From assembly GCF_006345805.1 (NCBI RefSeq), contig NC_043006.1, positions 103,602,001-103,666,000 on the forward strand: 64,000 nt of DNA, read 5' to 3'. The notes beneath the pieces are model-generated. The model saw only the letters and a program-made list of their open reading frames with translations, was not told the origin of the DNA and searched no databases. The translations under genes were made by a program, and so were the position numbers. Below, piece after piece: positions 50,567-64,000 of the stretch. The stretch comes from Octopus sinensis. Lineage: Eukaryota. Numbering within the stretch: the first letter of the stretch is position 1; every line of letters begins with the position of its first letter.

Positions 50567-50781
50567 GAAAGGCGGCGGGCTGGCAGAATCGTTCGCACGC
50601 CGGGCGAAACGCGTAGCGATATTTCGTCTGCCACTACGTTCTGAGTTCAAATACACGCAGGGCGACTTTGCCTTCCATTCTTTCGGAGTAAATTAAATAA
50701 GTACCAGTTACGCACTGGGGTCAATGTAATCAACTTGATCCCTTCACCCACATTTGAGTCCTTGTGCTTCCAATAGTAAGA
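50567..50781 (+). mobile_element. SINE family B with 16-bp TSD (1 mismatch)
   Basis: ggcggcgggctggcagaatcgtt head. attatgatgaggttta (50551-50566) vs attatcatgaggttta (50782-50797). Confidence 0.88.
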
Positions 50782-51504
50782 ATTATCATGAGGTTTATAA
50801 GTATGAATCTATTGTACTTCACATCCATGAGACATATTTCAGTCGGCTGCTGATTATATGATTAGATCGCATCCGTTTCAACTTGATTATGCTACAAATG
50901 CCTAATTTCAAATTAGGGATAAACATGGGAAAATGATTTCACCGATCATTATTTTGACATTCGCCGTTGCACCTAATAATACATATAGTGGATAACTTAC
51001 ACAAAGAATTGTTTTTCTTGGAAATTGCGTTTGAATAACAATTTCTGGTGACGCGCTTTCTCAGTACATCTCTTTAGTAATTCATCTACGCGCTGGTATG
51101 AACCTTACATTGGCGTGTATTTGCGGTTAATCATTCTGACTCTCTGTTATCAACGTTTGATACGATCGGGAAGTAGTTAATAGTCATTTGTTTCTCCGAT
51201 CAGCTTGGAATTTGATTAATATTTCATGCATTCAATTTCATTAACGACACCGTTACCCTGGATGCTTTAGAAAATCTCGCCGTCCACTACCTTTCATTCA
51301 CTATTTAAAACATTTAGATGTTGTGGCTCGATAACCACCTACTTTTCAAAAGGTAAAGACTTCCACCATCATGTACGCTAGAAGCATAGAAGTCAAACTA
51401 CATTATTTAGAACAATATTTACTTAAATGATTTTAACGCTGATGCGCATTAGGTAGCGACGTTCTTAACAACCCAAAGAGGACAATACCTTTATTTATAT
51501 AGCA

Positions 51505-51799
51505 CTAGCAGTATCGCCCGGCGTTGCTCGGGTTTGTAAGGGAAATAACTATATAAGCATTTTTAGAGAGTTACTTCCCTTATATAATAGCAAAAAAATG
51601 CATTAAAAATGGGAAAAAATGATGGTAAACTTTTTAAAAATCGTAGACTCATCGTAGACGCGCGCTAATACCCAGAAGAGCTCGATATGAATCACGACTA
51701 TAAGATACCCGGTTTTGGTTAAACTGCACCGCAAAATGTGGAAGTAGTTAGGAATCTAAATCGTAGGAGACAGACACACAACTTGACTTTTATATATAG
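51505..51799 (-). mobile_element. Non-autonomous Helitron
   Basis: Minus strand 5' ctatatataaaagtcaagttgtgtgtctgtc; 3' cccgagc-aac-gccggg hairpin then gatactgCTAG|T. Confidence 0.75.
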
Positions 51800-52361
51800 C
51801 ATATATATATTTCATTTAAGTGATAAATGCATTAAACGTTGTATATTGGTGGAACTATGTAAAGCGTAACTCAAATATTTTTATCTAATATTCACTGGAT
51901 GAAATATTTATGATTCTGAAAAACAAAAATTGTTTTACAATCTCAGTACTTTTTTCTTTAAGCTATGGCTGCCGGCAGATATTTCGTTTCAACAAACTTT
52001 TCTATTTTTGATATTTTATACTAAATTTTTATTTTGTGTTGCATGCATTAAACACACAAAAATTGAGTCGTACAAGGAAATTTTCAGTTTTCGGTGAGAG
52101 TTGAAGAATCAGTGTAGGATTTGGGTTTGAGGTCTGTGTTTAGGATCCGAATTAGTGGTTGGGTTACAAGTTTCATGTTTCAAATACAAAAGTAGGGCCC
52201 AATATTTGAAGGAAAATTAAATTGTTCTTCGTTTTTCCTGCGCTCGTAAAATCCGATGTTTAAAACTTGGGTATACAAAAACATGTTGCCTATGGATAGT
52301 GGATATATTCGGGCATTAATTGATTATATAATGTAGAGTGATATATATCTAATGCATATCG

Positions 52362-52411
<50 letters not shown>

Positions 52412-52470
52412 GGCAGTATATCCAAACTCACAGGGAAAAATTAGATTTAGAATTAAATCAAATTTAAAAG

Positions 52471-53350
52471 TATATATATAAATTAAATTAGAGATAAAAC
52501 CACTATTAGGCAGCTCAAACAGTGATAGACATAAACCAAAACATAAAAGACAAAAAATAAATGTAATTAATATAATATACAATATATATATAACAAATAA
52601 AATTTAAATTTTGTTATCTGCATTGTCTTTTAAGCAAAGTAGGACACTAGTTTCCTACTCTTTGAACGTCACAATATTTAAATTATTAAAATTATTAAAA
52701 TTATATTTATAAATTTTTATATTTTTATATTTTTAATTATTTTAATTTTTAAGTCTTAAAACTTTTTTTATCTAACCAAAAAATATAAAAAAGTTAAATA
52801 TGATATAATAAGTAAAAACACTACGTACATTTCATGGCTATAAATCAATTCTAATTACAATTAAGTTTAAATTCAATTAAAAATTCGAATTGAAATTATA
52901 GTCAATCTTCAGATGAATGATAATAGTTAAATAAATAAGCAAATAGATTTAAACAATATTTGTTAATAAATAAAAAAAAAATATTTCTTCTTATAAAAAC
53001 TCTATTATCAAATTAGAAGTTTCTAATTTGATAATAAACTTAATTGTAATCAGAATTGAATTATAGCCATGAAATGTATGTAGTGTTTTTACTTATAGCA
53101 TGTTTAACTTTTTTATACTTTTTGGTTAGACAAAAAAAAGTTTAAAGATTTGAAAATTTAAAAATATAAAAATATAGAAATTTATAAATATAAATTTTAA
53201 AATTTCAAATTTTATTTTTTATATATATATATATATTGTATATCATATTAATTATATTTATTCTTTGTGTTTTATGTTTTGGTTTATGTCTATCACTGTT
53301 TGAGTTGCCTAATAGTGGTTTTATCTCTAATTTAATTTATATATATATAT
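52471..53350 (-). mobile_element. PLE-type fold-back (arms 52471-52868 / 53036-53350) with degenerate hammerhead at 52819-52915 (-)
   Basis: aaattaaattagagataaaaccactattaggcagctcaaacagtgatagac matches the reverse complement of 53280-53340, and the inner arm ends match as well. Minus strand reads cat CTGAAGA t tgactataa...ttatagcca t GAAA T gtac GT A gtg. Confidence 0.75.
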
Positions 53351-54121
53351 CGTACTCATCGCTGAAAACACGGATCAGCTTCAGACCATGCTGACGGAGC
53401 TCGACATCAAAAGCTCTGCAGTAGGTCTCAAGATGAACCGCATGAAAACAAAGTTCATGCGGTCAGACAACGTACCAAGAGGTCGAATGGTGATCGGCAG
53501 TGATGAAATAGAGGAGGTGAGAGAATATGTCTACCTGGGACAGGAAGTAAATATGTGCCGAGATATCGAAAGGGGATCTCACGGAGAGTAAGGGCCGGAT
53601 GGAAGGCGTTTAATGGCATAAGGGATGTGCTCAAGGGAAGGTTGGACAGGACCACCCGCGCCAACGTCATTAACAGTGCAGTTCTGCCTACAATGTTATA
53701 TGGTAGTGAAACATGGGCTACCACAAAGAGAGAAGAGCAAAGACTGATAACGGCTCAAAGAGCCATGGAAAGGTCAATGCTTGGTATCTCGTTGAGAGAG
53801 CACATAAGTAGCGAGATCATCAGAAAGATGTCCGGCGTGAGAGATGTCATCGCAGAGTATACACGCAGCAAGTATAGATGGGCTGGACACGTCGCCCGGC
53901 TCACCGATAATCGGTGGACGCACGCAGTCGACGAGTGGTAACCGCGCGAGCGGAAAAGACCACCCAGACGACCTCCACGACGGTGGAGTTACGATTTCAG
54001 GAGGACGATTGGGATCACGTGGATGAGAAAGGCGCGATCCAGAGAGGAGTGGACAGCGTGCTGTGACCAGCGGTGTCAAATGGACGCCTGACGGACTGGT
54101 CGGTGAAGGTGATCAAGGTGA
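53349..54121 (+). mobile_element. 5'-truncated RTE-clade LINE (RT C-terminus + 3' UTR)
   Basis: IVLIAENTDQLQTML..L...S..VGLKMN..KTKFM...IEEVREYVYLGQ...AGWKAF...VLP..LYGSETW...QRAMERSMLG...WAGHVAR..DNRWT..V.EW.PR..KR..RP..RW. One frameshift at ~53573, a nonsense TAA at 53939-53941, native TGA at 54089-54091. Ends aaggtgatcaaggtgat then (TA)n. Confidence 0.92.
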
Positions 54122-54160
54122 TATATATAAATATATGAATATATATAAATATATGTGTGT

Positions 54161-54443
54161 GTGGAGGCGCAATGGCCCAAGGGTTAGCGCAGCGGACTCG
54201 CGGTCGTAGGATCGCGGTTTCCGATTCCAAGACCGGGCGTTGTAAGTGTTTATTGAGCGAAAACACCTAAAGCTTCACGAGGCTTCGGCTGTACTCTTTC
54301 GCCAGAACTTTCTCTCATTCTTTCTTCTGTTGGCCTGCTCGCTTAGCCAGCGGGTTGGCGTCATTTAAAGGCTAAAACAATGCTAAACGCATTGTGACCA
54401 GAGATGTGTAGCAACATCTGATAGCCTGGTCGGTCACTGTGAT
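54161..54443 (+). mobile_element. SINE family A, tail type iii (RTE-like)
   Basis: gtggaggcgcaatggccca head; tail gcattgtgaccagagatgtgtagcaacatctgatagcctggtcggtcactgtgat. Confidence 0.9.
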
Positions 54444-54470
54444 ATATATATATATTTATATTATATATAG

Positions 54471-54504
<34 letters not shown>

Positions 54505-54623
54505 CGGCTAGTTTCTGTCAGTTTCCGTTTCCCAAATCAATTCACAGGCTTGAGTCGGCCCATGGGTTGCTAAGCAAGCTACTTACCACACAGCAGCTCC
54601 TTCATACATATATATATATATAG

Positions 54624-54690
<67 letters not shown>

Positions 54691-54756
54691 AGTGCATATA
54701 TAAATGTGAGTGTGTGAGAGAGAGAGAGTCTGTGTGTGAGTGTGTGTGTGTGTGTG

Positions 54757-55263
54757 TAGTAAAGTCGCTTTGCCAACACGTAGTGGAGTCCTACGTAGGA
54801 CGATGTTACTACATTTTAGCCCCAGCAAAACATCTTTTCCTGCGGATTACCGACACATGGTCTGTGCCCGTATACTTTATGCAAGGGATTCTCTTTCAAG
54901 CCGTGGCGATAAGTGTGGCCCAATGGTTTCTGGATAATTTTCCTTCGTTGGTCTAGGACAATCGCCGGCTAGAAATAGCAGCTACTCGCTCTTGCCCTCG
55001 GTATATACTTTTAAAGCGACACACATTGTCGCTGATTTGCACCCGGTGGTTGTCCGGTACCGACGAAGGGAAATTACCCAGAAACAATTGGTCTACAGGT
55101 ATCGCTACGGTTAGAAAGGGAGGAGCAGACTCCCTTGCTCACAGTATACGGACACCGACCATGTGTCGGCAGCCAGCTGGAAAAGATGTTTAGCTGGGTC
55201 TAAAAAGCAGTAACATCACTCTAAGTAGGACTGCCACTTTTCGTTGACAAATAGACATTACTG
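54757..55263. mobile_element. ~507-bp fold-back MITE (Tc1/mariner-type ends)
   Basis: ~210-bp imperfect arms (agtcctac..gatgttact..aaacatcttttcc..ccgacacatggtc vs its reverse complement near 55150-55235). Right end ttactg|TA. Confidence 0.8.
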
Positions 55264-56084
55264 TACAATACTGTTAGTATATATCTCTTGCTCAGAGATT
55301 TAAAACTAGTAATTTTTCTCTTTACACACACACACAACACATATATGTATTAAAACTGTACATACTGCCGTGGGGGCAGTGGCAGTTTGTAGGTTATTGA
55401 AAGCAAGTATTATTCTAAGTTTAAAGAAATGCTGCATAAGGATATTTTAGTATTATCTATGAAATTACTGTTATAAGTCTAACACTAAAGAATGTAAGGA
55501 TAACGAATATTCAATACGTATGTAGTGTTTTAAGTATTAACTTTTGAATTATGAAATCGTGTGATTCACTCAGAATTAGTTATATTATTAGTTAAGTTCA
55601 GTCGAGTTTGCTTTTGTTTTGGAAAGAACAGAATATAAAAGCTTTCACTTCTATATGAATAACTATGGAAGACTGGTGGGAATATTATCTGCATGGAACT
55701 CAAGGGCTAGGTTGCTATTTAGTTAGATAATGTAGGTGTCAGTTATAGGTTTACTTATAGATGTAATTTAGCGATACTGTTTTTGTGCAGAGTGTAAATG
55801 TGTTTCTTTGTTGTAGTTTAATTAATTAGAATTAGGAGAGAATAAATGTGGTGATATGTAACATATGTTTGTTCCCAAATAACACTTATTCTATTGCTGT
55901 TGACACCGCCGGATTGAATGACACTCCGCAGGTGTGTCGAAACAATAATGATATCTGCGGGGCAGCTGATGATGATTGTTGGTATGGCTGTTATTGTGTA
56001 AGCGGAATAGTTTTATAACATATCCATGGATAATATATATATATATATTATATATATATATATATATTATATATATATATATAT

Positions 56085-56286
56085 GTATATATATATAATC
56101 GCCATGATAGATTGTTAGCCACTACACACTTTTTTTCTCTTCGTGTTTCTCGCCTTGTTTTTTTCTGTGTTCCTTTCTGTAGAAGAGCGTAGGCTCGAAC
56201 GTAAGAGACTTTTCTATTCATGTGCGTTATACTAATACATATGTTTGTTTTGTACACCACCTGTCTTCGTCTTTTGTTTTTTCCGT

Positions 56287-56290
<4 letters not shown>
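56085..56290 (+). mobile_element. Second copy of the 12150-12330 pLTR-type fragment
   Basis: cctttctgtagaagagcgtaggctcgaacgtaagagac (GAAA reduced to GAA) ..gcgttatactaataca. Confidence 0.65.
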
Positions 56291-56358
<68 letters not shown>

Positions 56359-56807
56359 CAATTAAGATTCAAGTCAATTCCAATGAATTTACTTGAATGT
56401 GGTACTTAACTTAGATGCACCAGAAAACTATATGGTGTTAACCATACAGTAATGTGGGGTGATTATAAACGAGAAAGAAGCAACAAGAATGGATTAGTTT
56501 TTAGTACAATTGTTTAATACAAAGACAGGCTTATTAAAAGTTGCAAAAATTGCAGCAGATAAAAGTGTCCCGTACTCATCAGCTAAAATACAATGAGTTC
56601 TCCAACATCTTAGTGGGTGAGGCTATACTCATGAAGTATTGGAGATAATTTCTTTAAAAGCAGATTTAGGTTGTAAACAGATTTCCGAAGTTAAAAACCT
56701 GTGATAAGACTGTGCATCATCATTAAGGAACGACGTAAAACTTGAGTTATGCTATAAAATTTCAATTTCAAAAAACATACATATATAAGTATATAAGCAT
56801 AAATATA

Positions 56808-56848
<41 letters not shown>

Positions 56849-56851
<3 letters not shown>

Positions 56852-57239
56852 TAGTGAATGGAATAAATGGAGTTGAACGAAGATTGTACAGAATACTTTT
56901 ATTACATTCTACACATGTTTCGAAGGCCACAATTCCAAATTCTGTTTAAATAAGGGTACCATATTGCGGCTTTCCTTCAGGAAAAAAATAGGAATTCCGT
57001 ACATTGATAAACAGTTCAGCCATGGGCTCTTAAGGAGCATCTTCGTTCGAATTGCTGTGCCTCTGTTTTGTTTTGTCCTGTCAACGGAATTCCTATTTTT
57101 TTCCTGAAGAGAAAGCCGCAATATGGTACCCTTATTTAAACAGAATTTGGAAATTTGTGGCCTTCGAAACATGTGTAGAATGTAATAAAAGGTATTCTGT
57201 ACAATCTTCGTTCAACTCCATTTATTCCATTCACTAATA
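56849..57239 (+). mobile_element. PLE-type inverted repeat (arms 56849-57000 / 57084-57239)
   Basis: tattagtgaatggaataaatggagttgaacgaag... vs ...cttcgttcaactccatttattccattcactaata; near-identical ~152-bp arms. Confidence 0.85.
57101..57180 (+). ncRNA. Canonical type I hammerhead ribozyme
   Basis: ttc CTGAAGA gaaagccgca...tgtggccttc GAAA C atgt GT A gaa: stem II 9/10, ACATGTGT self-pairs with two G-U, GUA triplet. The inverted copy lacks one core base (ctgaagg). Confidence 0.75.
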
Positions 57240-58681
57240 ATATTAAACTTCAATTATCCGCTCCAACGCACGGTTGCAACACCAAATGGTCTTATCTCCA
57301 ACCGTGCTGTTTTCCGCTGTGATTTTTGCTACCCAGGTATCGGTTAAACCTTTGAATAATCTGTTACAAGAAAATTCATCTTTCTATTTCAACAAATATA
57401 TATATATATATATGTGTGTGTGGTGTGTGTGTGTGTGTGTGTGTGTTTGTGTAATTCTGAAAGGGAATGAGAAATAAAAACGTTTACCCTATCTTTCCTG
57501 GACTATGCATAGTTTCGGCAATCTTTCAGAATTACAACTATTAGTGGTTTGGAGTTTAACTGCTCTTTCTAGTGAGTCAGATGTCCTATTAAGGTCATCT
57601 CTTATGTGTTTAAATCTACACTGGATTTATATATATATAAAATCTTATGTTTCTACATATATATTAGAAAAAACCTACAAACTTTGTTTTCATGTTATTG
57701 TATTGCACAGGATTACCTTGATTATTTATATTACCTTGATTATTTATAAATGACCCAAAATAGGATGTTATATTTTATTTTATATGTCTTTCGTATATAT
57801 TTTTATTAATGCCCCATTTTTTAAAAGCAATGTTTTTTAAAAAAAGCAATGTTGTTAAAATTAAAATGTTTATATAAGTATTGTTATACAAAGCATATGT
57901 ATTTGTAAGCATGCGTATCTGTGTATGTGTAAGTGAAAGTATGTTTGTGCTTAAGCACACATATACACGACGGTATGTATATGTATCCATTCAAACTTGT
58001 GTATGTATACTGGTCTCTATAGATGCCAATAACATCGTTACACTGCTTGTTACATAAATTTTTTTCTTATTTCGTTTTTTTCCCCACCCCTCCTTCGTTC
58101 CTTTTTCTCTCTTTCCCTTTCTTTCGTTCCCCCTCCTTGCTCAGTATATGAGAATTGCTACATAGATGAATTTTAGCTTGCGTGCGAGACGGTTTGCGTG
58201 AATATATGTACACATGCTTTTATGTGTATATTTAGACTTATATTCATACGTCTGTATATGTATGTATGGCGTTTACGCGCATCCTTTTGTGTATGTTGAT
58301 ATATATATGTAGATTTTAATATAAATATGTATTGCAGTATTTATAACAGGTTTAATTTCTATGCATTAATTTGTACTGTCTTCATTAACGGCAATAGGTT
58401 TTTCCTCGTTTTTTTCCTCGGATTTTATAATTTTTATAATTTTTTTATAAGTTTTCTTATATATATATACATATTTTTGACCTTTTTGTTTATCGCTCGA
58501 AGATTGACCGTTTTTTCTAAAGGGCCAATCAAACAAGTCCATTTCTTTTTAAGGTGTAGCGTTTTTAAGAGTATAGATTGAATTGATATATCAGTTCCAT
58601 TCTAGCAAAAACTGTCTGATGAACGGCATCGAGAAACTCAGAGTAACAGATTTTGTTGAATTTTCTGCTGCTTAAAATAAA

Positions 58682-58741
<60 letters not shown>

Positions 58742-59676
58742 GCATGTATACATATATATGTTTATATTGCATGTGCGCGTGAGTATATACCTGCATGTAC
58801 ACGTATCTGTGCATATATGCATATATGTGTATGTATGTCTGTGCCTGTGTGTGTGTGTGGGTGTGTGTGTGTGTGTGTGTGTGTATCCGTGTTAGTGAGT
58901 GTTTGGGTGTGTGCTTGCGCGTGTCAGAGAGATTGTGTAGATATACGGAGAATACAGAGAATGGTGGCGTTTCGATAGTATTTGAAACCTTGAGGTTGCA
59001 CAAATTTCAGTGATTGTGCCGGATATATGTTTGTATTATTTAACTGTGTCTTTCAACATCTAGGCGTGGTTGATAAGAAATATAAACACACGATTCTAAT
59101 AACCATTCATAGATAAACAGACTTAATAATCTATAGAAATCTCATTTATAACCCAATTTTAAAATGGCTTCACCCTTACAAAAATTTGCTCTTCCGACCC
59201 ACAGAGTTAAACTGGAGTTCAAATGCTGTAGCTCCAACATGCTACATGTTTGATCTTGGTACCAACGTTAGGCAATGAAAACCGAAAATCTCACAGTGTA
59301 TTTGCACCTTGTCATTACACAAACGTTATTGGAAAGTGAGTGACTGTGTATCTAATTAGAGAAAGAGAAAGCGAGAGAGAAATACCGAGAGAGCGAAAGA
59401 GAGAGTGGGAGCGTGTGAGTACATTAAAATATAATTCATTTCCATATTGTAAGATAAAGATGTATTATTGAACAAATATATGGATATGTGAACCAAAACG
59501 TATATTCCGCAGTGAGTAAACAATTCGTTTCTACAATACGTTCCCACGACAGTAAATTAAGTAACAGATGTATGAATGTTTTGACACTTATTGTAATATT
59601 CATCGGCAACTGTACTACAGAACGCATACTTAAATACGTACGTACATACATATACATACACATACATACATATGTG

Positions 59677-59748
<72 letters not shown>

Positions 59749-59756
59749 CGAACACC

Positions 59757-59894
59757 CGGTGGAGTTACGATTTCAGGAGGACGATTGGGATCACGTGGAT
59801 GAGAAAGGCGCGATCCAGAGAGGAGTGGACAGCGGTGCTGTGACCAGTGGTGTCAAATGGACGCCTGACGGACTGGCCGGTCAAGGTCATCAAG

Positions 59895-59898
<4 letters not shown>
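59757..59898 (+). mobile_element. Short 3' fragment of the same RTE LINE
   Basis: cggtggagttacgatttcaggaggacgattggg...caaggtgat is near-identical to 53981-54121, and (TA)n lies on both sides. Confidence 0.92.
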
Positions 59899-59957
<59 letters not shown>

Positions 59958-59962
<5 letters not shown>

Positions 59963-60355
59963 TATGAGTGGCTGTGTGGTAAGTATTTTGCTTACCAGTC
60001 ACATGGTCCCGGTTCAGTCCCACTGCGTGGCACATTGAGTAAGTGTCTTCTACTATAGCCTCGGGCCGACCAAAGCATTCTGAGTGGATTTGGTAGACGG
60101 AAATTGAAAGAAGCCCGTGGTATATATATATATATATGTATGTGTGTCTGTGTTTGTCCCTACAACATCCCTTGACAACCAATACTGGTGTGTTTACGCC
60201 CCCGTAACTAGCGGTTCGGCAAAAAGAGACAGATAGAATAAGTACTAGGCTTACAAAGAATATGTTCTGGGGTTGATCTGCTTGATTAAAGGCGGTGCTC
60301 CAGCATGGCCGCAGTCAAATTACTGAAACAAGCAAAAGAGTAAAAGCGTAAAAGA
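59958..60355 (+). mobile_element. SINE family D
   Basis: Homologous to 9641-10094, with an internal (TA)/(TG) tract. Confidence 0.88.
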
Positions 60356-60363
60356 TATATGTA

Positions 60364-60418
<55 letters not shown>

Positions 60419-60833
60419 ATGTATGTATGTATAGATAGATAGATAGATAGATAAACACAATTTCATATGTACACTCATATACACATATACATTTGTTCTA
60501 AAGTACATTATAGCAACGACACGAGACACTTTTTGTCCTGTACTTTAATAAATTATAAATCTTTTGCTGAGACCATTTTGCTTAAGTTTGTACACATATA
60601 CGTAACACACATACACGCAATCCTCCTCAGATACACTTACACACACACACACACACATACATACACACACATATTTTCTTAAAAAAGAATGTTGTTATTG
60701 CGACTTCGAAGTTTCGGCCAGCTAAGTTATTATGGACTGGGTTAGTTGACTGAAAGTTTGAAGTCACTGTCAGCAACATGATAGCATAAGAATAATAGAT
60801 TTCTACTTGGAAAAGTATAGGGTAATCCATCAA

Positions 60834-61109
60834 CGGACTCGCGGTCGCACGATCGCGGTTTCGATTCCCAGACAGGGCGTTGTGAGTGTTTATTGAGCGA
60901 AATCACCTAAAGCTCCACGAAGCTCCTGCAGGGGGGGGGGGTGATCCCTGCTGTACGCTTTCTCCACAACTGTCTCTACCACTCTTTCTTCTGTAGGCCT
61001 GCTCGCTTAGCCAGCAAGGTGGCGTCATTTGAAGGCTAAAAAAACAATGCGAAGCGCATTGTGACCAGCGATGTGTAGCAACATCTGATAGCCTGGTCGG
61101 TCACGGTGA
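60834..61109 (+). mobile_element. 5'-truncated SINE family A, tail type iii
   Basis: cggactcgcggtcg..tttattgagcgaaa..acctaaagctccacg, tail gcgcattgtgaccagcgatgtgtagcaacatctgatagcctggtcggtcacggtga. Confidence 0.88.
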
Positions 61110-61502
61110 CGATGACATCCATACATACATATATATATGATGGATTTTCTCATCGTGAACGACGTATGAGTGCTCAGCTTTTACTGAATGACCTACGCAA
61201 CTAATTTGCTTATAGTTATCAAATGTGTGTGTCGTACATTAGCTAACTCTATTCATCAAATCGACGTTACCTGAGCAGGTACACGGCGTACCACGGGTTG
61301 AAGTGATCGCACTTGTTATGTTATATAGTTGAAAATGATGGTACATTTTTATATCATAAATTAATCCAGCGACCCGTACATCTGTAATATATTCTATAAG
61401 CCCTCTTTCAATATGGTCTATAAACACTCTTTTCGCTATTGTCACCAATTTTTTTTTGTATTATGTGCACCTTTTATTTTGAGTGTATAGTGTATGCTTG
61501 AG

Positions 61503-64000
<2,498 letters not shown>

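Noticed and set aside
56488-56585. Minus-strand CTGATGA gtac...gtac relic
   Set aside because: GAAA is degenerate and stem I pairs by only 1 bp. It may be an old PLE ribozyme but is not supportable.

Overview
Eukaryotic, AT-rich DNA saturated with microsatellites and repeats. There are no operons, rRNA genes, true tRNA genes or CRISPR arrays, and I cannot support an intact host gene. The (TA)n/(CA)n/(GATA)n density and the tRNA-derived SINE families suggest a coleoid cephalopod such as Octopus; this is inference from pattern recognition, not a database result. Almost all ORFs in the supplied track are microsatellite translations. Supported content: about 25 SINE copies or fragments in four families (labelled A-D by me); two 3' fragments of an RTE-clade LINE; decayed Tc1 and maT-type DNA transposons; three MITE-like elements; three non-autonomous Helitrons; and a Tx1/L1-like ORF1-only element with a 10-bp TSD. 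The most striking feature is a dense set of Penelope-like (PLE) remnants carrying type I hammerhead-ribozyme motifs at about ten loci. The best lead is an ORF-less ~534-bp tandem array (44313-46166) with three identical, fully canonical hammerheads and a terminal perfect 55-bp fold-back, resembling a retrozyme or pLTR concatemer. Across the window the hammerhead cores vary at positions 3 and 8 (C-G, U-A, G-C) while keeping the pair complementary. A second lead is an RTE LINE and two SINE families that share a structurally covarying 3' stem-loop. All folds and alignments were done by eye, and ribozyme activity is untested.
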